Assembly (NCBI GenBank): GCA_046757965.1 | Contig: JBHHZI010000003.1 | Coordinates: forward strand, 795 to 64,794 | Source: Acidobacteriota bacterium | Lineage (GTDB): Bacteria > Acidobacteriota > Polarisedimenticolia > SMYD01 | Reading direction: 5' to 3' | DNA: 64,000 nucleotides | Shown: piece after piece, positions 59,044 through 64,000 of the stretch | Layout of the letters: each line of letters opens with the position of its first letter | How positions within the stretch are numbered: the first letter of the stretch is position 1 | Program-made: the position numbers and the translations under genes | Notes under the pieces: generated by a model | Seen by the model: the letters and a program-made list of their open reading frames with translations, nothing else | What the model was told of the DNA's origin: nothing | Database searches by the model: none

Positions 59044-60425
59044 TCGATTCCGTACTTCTTCAGACGCTTGTACAGAGAGGTGCGGGGAATGCCGAGCAGA
59101 CGCGCCGCCTGCGCCTTGTTGCCGCGGCACCGGGCGAGGGTCGCCTCCAGATGGGTTTGCACCACCCGGTCAAGCGCCAGCGTCTCGTCGGCGCCGGCCG
59201 CGGCCGCGCCCTCCGCCGGCAGGTCGAGATCCTTCGGGCCGATGCGCTGCCTCGACCCGTAGATCGCCGCGCGCTCGATGATGTTCTCCAGTTCCCGCAC
59301 GTTGCCGGGCCACGCATAGCGCTCCAGCCGTTCCAGCGCCCGGGGAGAGATGGCCATCGGTTTCTTTCCCTGGCGGCGGCAGGCCTGGGCGAGACAGTTC
59401 TCGGCCAGCAGACCGACGTCGCCGTGGCGGTCGCGCAGCGGGGGCAGACGGATCACGACACCACTCAGACGGAAGTACAGATCCGAGCGAAGGGTGCCCT
59501 GCTCCATCTCCGCCTGGGGGTCGGCATTGGTGGCGGAGATGACCCGGACGTCGATGGACCGCGGGGCGGTGTCGCCGACGCGGCGCACTTCCCGCTCCTG
59601 GAGAACCCGCAGCAGACTGCGCTGGATGGCCTCGTCCGTGGCGCCGATCTCATCGAGAAAAATCGTTCCGCCGCTGGCGGCCTCGAACAGTCCGACCTTC
59701 GAGCCGACGGCGCCGGTGAACGCGCCCTTGACATGGCCGAACAGCTCGCTTTCCAGGAGGTTGGCGGGAAGGGCCGCACAGTTGATGGCCAGGAAGGCGG
59801 CTCCGGCCCGGGTGGAATGCCGATGAATCTCCCGCGCCGTCACCTCCTTGCCGGTGCCTGACTCCCCGAGGATCAGCACGCTGGTGCCGGTCGGCCCGAC
59901 CTTCTGAATGTCGTCATAGACCGACTGCATCAGATCGGAGGCCCCGATGAGAGCTCCGAAGGAGCCGCGTCGGTCCCAGACCATCCGCCGGAGGCGAGCG
60001 TTGTCGTCCCGCAATGCCTTGCGCTCCAGCGCCCGCGAGACGGCCAGCCGGAACCGATCAATGTCCAGGGGCTTGGTGACGTAGTTCTCGGCACCGTCCT
60101 TGATCGCCGCCACGGCGCTGTCCACCTCTGCGCGCCCGGTCAGGAAGATGACAGGCACCTCCGGCCAGGACGCACCGACGTTCTTCAGCAGCTCGAATCC
60201 GTCCATGCCGGGCATCATGAGGTCGGCGATGACCAGGTCGACCTCGGTGTCGCGCAGGTGCTTCAGGGCGGCTTCCCCGGACAGCGCCGTGTCGACCGCA
60301 TGACCTTCCGGCGCCAGAATGTCGCTGACCAGCGTGACCTGTGAGGGCTCGTCATCCACGACGAGAATACGCCCGCGCCGCGCGGTGTCTGAGACGGTCT
60401 GCTTCGAACGGCTCGGCATGGTCAT
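59040..60425 (-). CDS. sigma-54-dependent response regulator (NtrC family: REC + AAA+ + Fis-type HTH)
   Basis: ILVVDDE..DLVIADLMMPGMDG; Walker A GESGTGKE; GAFTGA sigma-54 interaction motif; C-terminal HTH. Start at M192 or M194 of the listed ORF. Confidence 0.85.
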   Translation of the reverse strand: MTMPSRSKQTVSDTARRGRILVVDDEPSQVTLVSDILAPEGHAVDTALSGEAALKHLRDTEVDLVIADLMMPGMDGFELLKNVGASWPEVPVIFLTGRAEVDSAVAAIKDGAENYVTKPLDIDRFRLAVSRALERKALRDDNARLRRMVWDRRGSFGALIGASDLMQSVYDDIQKVGPTGTSVLILGESGTGKEVTAREIHRHSTRAGAAFLAINCAALPANLLESELFGHVKGAFTGAVGSKVGLFEAASGGTIFLDEIGATDEAIQRSLLRVLQEREVRRVGDTAPRSIDVRVISATNADPQAEMEQGTLRSDLYFRLSGVVIRLPPLRDRHGDVGLLAENCLAQACRRQGKKPMAISPRALERLERYAWPGNVRELENIIERAAIYGSRQRIGPKDLDLPAEGAAAAGADETLALDRVVQTHLEATLARCRGNKAQAARLLGIPRTSLYKRLKKYGIE

Positions 60426-60543
60426 CGGGGGCGGGCAAGAACACGCCCGGCAGCATCGTAGCCCAAAACGGGTCCAGCGGCGAGATGGGATACTCCCCCT
60501 GGCAGCGTTATTGATCGGTAGTGGTGCGTGGGGTAGCGTGCCC

Positions 60544-61431
60544 ATGATCGCGTCGCGCACCCCGGAGGTCTCCTTGCATCCTGTCCGGTGGAGGCTCGTC
60601 ACCGCCGGCATCGCCGTCGGCGCCGCGCTGCAATTGTCATCCGTTGCCCGACCCGCAACCATCGCCTGGCAGAACGGCCCCTCCCGGGTCGAGCTTGGCG
60701 GCATCGCCCACCTCGATCTGCCCGCCGAATTCGCCTTCACCGGCGCCGCGGGTGCTGCGATATTTCTCACCGCCACCCATAACCCGCCATCGGGCCACGA
60801 GATCGGCGTCATCGTTCCGATCGTGCATGACAGCACGCGCGGCTGGTTCGTGAGCTTCGAGCAGGTGGCCGCCGGCCACATCCGGGACGAGGAGCGGGAG
60901 ACGCTGGCGCCCGACACGTTGCTGAGGTCGATTCGCGACGATGCCGCCGCCCGCAATCGTGCCCGGCTGGCTGCCGGCTGGCCGACGCTCACTGTCACCG
61001 GCTGGGCCCTGCCGCCGGTCTACGATGACACGAGCCACCGTCTGAGCTGGTCAGTCGCGGGCACCACGCCAACCGGAGCCGTGACAAACCATTCGGTACG
61101 GTTTCTCGGACGGCGCGGTTACGTCACTGCCGAGATGGTGGTGAGGAAGGCTCTCGATGCCGAGGTGGCCACGCAGTTCGATACCCTGATGGACCGTTTC
61201 GCCTTCGACCCCGGGCACCGGTACGGTGACTTTCGCCCTGGAGACCCGGTGGCGAACGTGCAACTCGGAGATCTCGTCGTGCGGGAAGCCATCACCCTCG
61301 CCAAGCGACCCGGTCTCTTCACCCGTCTGTGGCGATTCCTGGCCTTCACCATGGTGGTGGTCGCCTTCCTCGCCCGCAGACTCTACCGCACCCTCCGGCG
61401 CCGCTCGCCACTGTCAGACGCCGACCGGTAA
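60544..61431 (+). CDS. membrane-anchored protein (DUF2167-like)
   Basis: N-terminal signal/anchor and a C-terminal TM helix. Family assignment is tentative. Confidence 0.4.
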   Translation: MIASRTPEVSLHPVRWRLVTAGIAVGAALQLSSVARPATIAWQNGPSRVELGGIAHLDLPAEFAFTGAAGAAIFLTATHNPPSGHEIGVIVPIVHDSTRGWFVSFEQVAAGHIRDEERETLAPDTLLRSIRDDAAARNRARLAAGWPTLTVTGWALPPVYDDTSHRLSWSVAGTTPTGAVTNHSVRFLGRRGYVTAEMVVRKALDAEVATQFDTLMDRFAFDPGHRYGDFRPGDPVANVQLGDLVVREAITLAKRPGLFTRLWRFLAFTMVVVAFLARRLYRTLRRRSPLSDADR

Positions 61432-61658
61432 CAGCCAGGATTGCCCACCCCGCCAGCAGCCCAGTAGAGTCCATGTCGTCTCGACCGATCAGGATGCCGG
61501 CAGACCCGGAGCGGTTTACCGCTCACGAGGTCGGGCACACGGACCGCGCACTGCCACCGGAAATGCAGACCACCAGTCGATGCGGCACCTCATCTCATCG
61601 GCGCAACTTTCGGGGGGCAACTCGCACCTCCGAGTGGGAGGACGGCCCGGCGCGGATC

Positions 61659-63983
61659 TCATGGCTCTTCGTCACAGTTCGCACCTCGCAGTTCACGCTC
61701 GTTGCGAAAGAAGCGACCAACACGGGGAGATCCGAGCCGCCAGATCAACCCCAGCGGCGCCACACCGCGCACTGCGGCGAACGACCCGTGTTCGCCCTGT
61801 TGATGGTGAAATCGACACAGGCACACCTGATTCTCGTCGGCCTTCAGATCACCTCCCCGGGATCTGTACACGATGTGGTGACTCTCCAGATGACGTCGTG
61901 AAGTGCACCCAGGCGCCGCGCACCGCCAGCCGTCGCGCTCGTAGATCCGCCGAGATGGACGCCACGGCATCAACCGGGGATCGTCCCAGGTGGAGATGTA
62001 GTCCTCGAGAACCGCGAGCAGCCCAACCCACATCGGTATCCGTCCCGTGCGGTGCGCCACCTGCCGAGCCACACGGAGAGCTACCGTATCGTCATCGGTG
62101 GTGACCGGCGGGGTCCGGTCACCTTCCGTGGAAAACAACCGTGGCACGACATGGCCGCCCGGGTGTCCCGACTCGTCGCGTACGCTCCCCGACTCGACAT
62201 CGTCGGAGAACCGGTGGCCCGCGTGCGCTCCCACGTCCGTCTCACGCGCCAGACCCTGGGAGCCCGGCCCGGGGAACCATGCGAAAGACGTGGACCCATC
62301 CGCCTCGCGATCCCCGTCAACGCGGCAGACCACCTGTTCGATCTGCCGACGCCGGCCATCGACGACAATCAGAAAATCCGCAGCGAGGGCGGAGGACAGA
62401 TTGAACCGGACCGTCTTTGTCCCCACCATGGCCCCGGAACGCTCCCCCACGGCGCGCAGTCGAGCCTGCGTGTCGCCCGGCCCCCGTCGCAGCGACGTGT
62501 ACCACTCACGTGCCGTCGGGGGAAGGATCCAAGCATGGTTCCCCGGTTCAGAACGATTGCGTGATCGCAACCGGATCTCGTCACGCAAGCGTTTCAGCGT
62601 GACCTCCCCTGCATGGCGGATCCACGCGCGCTCGGCGCGGACGTCGAAGTAGGCTGTATCCCGCCGCAAGAACCGGATCAGCAGGAGCACCGCCTCGAAA
62701 CCGATTCGACCCTCCTCGTAGGCCCTCGCCAACTCCGAGCGTTCAGCAACTGCCCGGGCCACCGCCACACGATCGCGGGCTGTCGTGCGGCTCAGGCCGA
62801 GGCGCTGTTCGGCATAATGTTCCAGGCCGGTGAAATCGAGCGCGCGGAACGCCCGTGCCGCCCCGAGGATCATCAGGATCCGGGCGAGTTCCCGCTGCAG
62901 CGCGTCTTCCAGTTCCACGAACGTGCTGAGTTGCCTGTCGAGTTCCACCGCGTCGCCGACACCTGCCGCATGAAGAAGATTCTCGACGTCCACGAGCATC
63001 CGGATGGTGCGTCGCTCCTCGGCTCGCGGACCGGCCGGCAGGTGATTCCAGGCGCCGGTCGAATCGTACACGTTCGCCTCGATGTCCCGGCGAACGGAGC
63101 ACCGGGTGCGCCGCGGCGGCTCGAACCGTCCAAGATCCACCGCCTCGCAGCCAGCCTGCGTCTCGGCGATCAGTGATTCGACCAGCGACTCCAGCGACTG
63201 CTCCCGCCCGCAGACCGCCGAATGAAGATCTCTTGTGTCCTCGACAAGATCGCGAACCGGCGCTGGCATCAACATGCAGATCGTTCGCCGCCACGCACCC
63301 GGTTCGGATGCCGTCGCGGATCTGCCGGCTGCGACCGACTCGCCGCCTGCCGGATCCGTCTCCGCCACACCCGACGAAGCAACGGCACCAGACGACGCCG
63401 GCCGAGCGACGTCATCCAGGGGCCAACGGGAGCCCTGCTCGCGAGCCTCGCGAATCGCTTGCTTGAGGGAGCGCACGGGAACGCGACGAGCCAGCGCGAT
63501 CCAGGCCTCGACCGATTCCGGGGTCACGAACCGCGCAAGCGCCAGGGCCGCCACCTGACCGAGCGCGCGCCGTCCATCCGTACCGGTGAGAACTCGTTCG
63601 AGCACCGGAAGCCGCTGCAAGGCGTCTCCCAGGACCGCGCGATCGCGCAGCCAGCGACCCGATCGCGACAACGACTCCCGGGCATGGTCGTCCACGCGGG
63701 CGTAACCAAGGTACTTCCATGCCTCGCACTTCATCCACGCACGCGCGGTACGGGCGATGCCCGGGAGAAGGCGGTTCAGCGCCTCCTTGATGGCCAGAGC
63801 CAGACCATCGTAGGTACATCGCGTGAGGTCCGGCGCCACGACGCTGACCGGACCTCGGCTTGGCGCCGAACCGCTCGCCGAACGGGGCCTGCGCGCCCCG
63901 ACTGGCCGTGTCCACGTGCCCGGAACACGGCCGAAGCGAGTCGGAACTGGCCGACTCTGGGTGAGGTGTGTGCTGGACGACAC
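61659..63983 (-). CDS. large HNH-endonuclease-domain protein (DUF222-like N-region + C-terminal HNH); the 5' end may extend beyond the window
   Basis: C-terminal WRCAAPGCTSRRHLESHHIVYRSRGGDLKADENQVCLCRFHH is an HNH motif. There is no in-frame stop between the listed GTG and the window edge. Confidence 0.6.
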   Translation of the reverse strand: MSSSTHLTQSRPVPTRFGRVPGTWTRPVGARRPRSASGSAPSRGPVSVVAPDLTRCTYDGLALAIKEALNRLLPGIARTARAWMKCEAWKYLGYARVDDHARESLSRSGRWLRDRAVLGDALQRLPVLERVLTGTDGRRALGQVAALALARFVTPESVEAWIALARRVPVRSLKQAIREAREQGSRWPLDDVARPASSGAVASSGVAETDPAGGESVAAGRSATASEPGAWRRTICMLMPAPVRDLVEDTRDLHSAVCGREQSLESLVESLIAETQAGCEAVDLGRFEPPRRTRCSVRRDIEANVYDSTGAWNHLPAGPRAEERRTIRMLVDVENLLHAAGVGDAVELDRQLSTFVELEDALQRELARILMILGAARAFRALDFTGLEHYAEQRLGLSRTTARDRVAVARAVAERSELARAYEEGRIGFEAVLLLIRFLRRDTAYFDVRAERAWIRHAGEVTLKRLRDEIRLRSRNRSEPGNHAWILPPTAREWYTSLRRGPGDTQARLRAVGERSGAMVGTKTVRFNLSSALAADFLIVVDGRRRQIEQVVCRVDGDREADGSTSFAWFPGPGSQGLARETDVGAHAGHRFSDDVESGSVRDESGHPGGHVVPRLFSTEGDRTPPVTTDDDTVALRVARQVAHRTGRIPMWVGLLAVLEDYISTWDDPRLMPWRPSRRIYERDGWRCAAPGCTSRRHLESHHIVYRSRGGDLKADENQVCLCRFHHQQGEHGSFAAVRGVAPLGLIWRLGSPRVGRFFRNERELRGANCDEEP

Positions 63984-64000
63984 GCCCGTGGTCGCAGACA

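Noticed and set aside
58758-59861. 367-aa plus-strand ORF
   Set aside because: Antisense to the NtrC-family activator.

Overview
This ~64 kb window is a high-GC (roughly 68-70%), densely coded stretch of bacterial chromosome, and most of it is housekeeping. On the minus strand there is a chain of overlapping or translationally coupled genes: mgtE, recO, glyQ, glyS, and a ppdK that runs off the window start and is therefore missing from the ORF track. Other core genes are nth, mutY, gltA, an enoyl-CoA hydratase, acnA, iscS, rpsU, trmB, era, corC, ybeY, phoH, aspS, hisS, plus an assortment of lipid and redox metabolism genes. The items worth a second look are listed below.

- **Selenoprotein:** a SelW/Rdx-family gene with an in-frame UGA (CxxU motif) and a SECIS-like hairpin just downstream, invisible to the ORF track.
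- **Radical SAM enzyme:** a ~640-680 aa, multi-cysteine-cluster radical SAM protein whose architecture resembles tetraether / membrane-spanning lipid synthases. It sits next to a fused membrane-spermidine-synthase-TPR protein and a GT-C-like membrane protein.
- **Sigma-54 operon:** a near-consensus sigma-54 promoter drives three small proteins of unknown function with ATGA-overlap coupling. It lies immediately downstream of an NtrC-family activator, with repeated GCGTCAC-containing elements upstream.
- **Secreted repeat protein:** a 941-aa secreted protein with about 9 repeats centred on GD(P/T)APGGG.
- **ICMT/CPBP pair:** a divergently arranged methyltransferase and intramembrane protease.
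- **Two-component module:** a PAS-GAF histidine kinase followed by two NarL-type regulators.
- **HNH endonuclease ORF:** a large ORF reaching the window end.

I recognised no rRNA, tRNA, CRISPR array, integrase or transposase. Many of the long ORFs in the six-frame track are antisense or alternate-frame artefacts typical of high-GC DNA.
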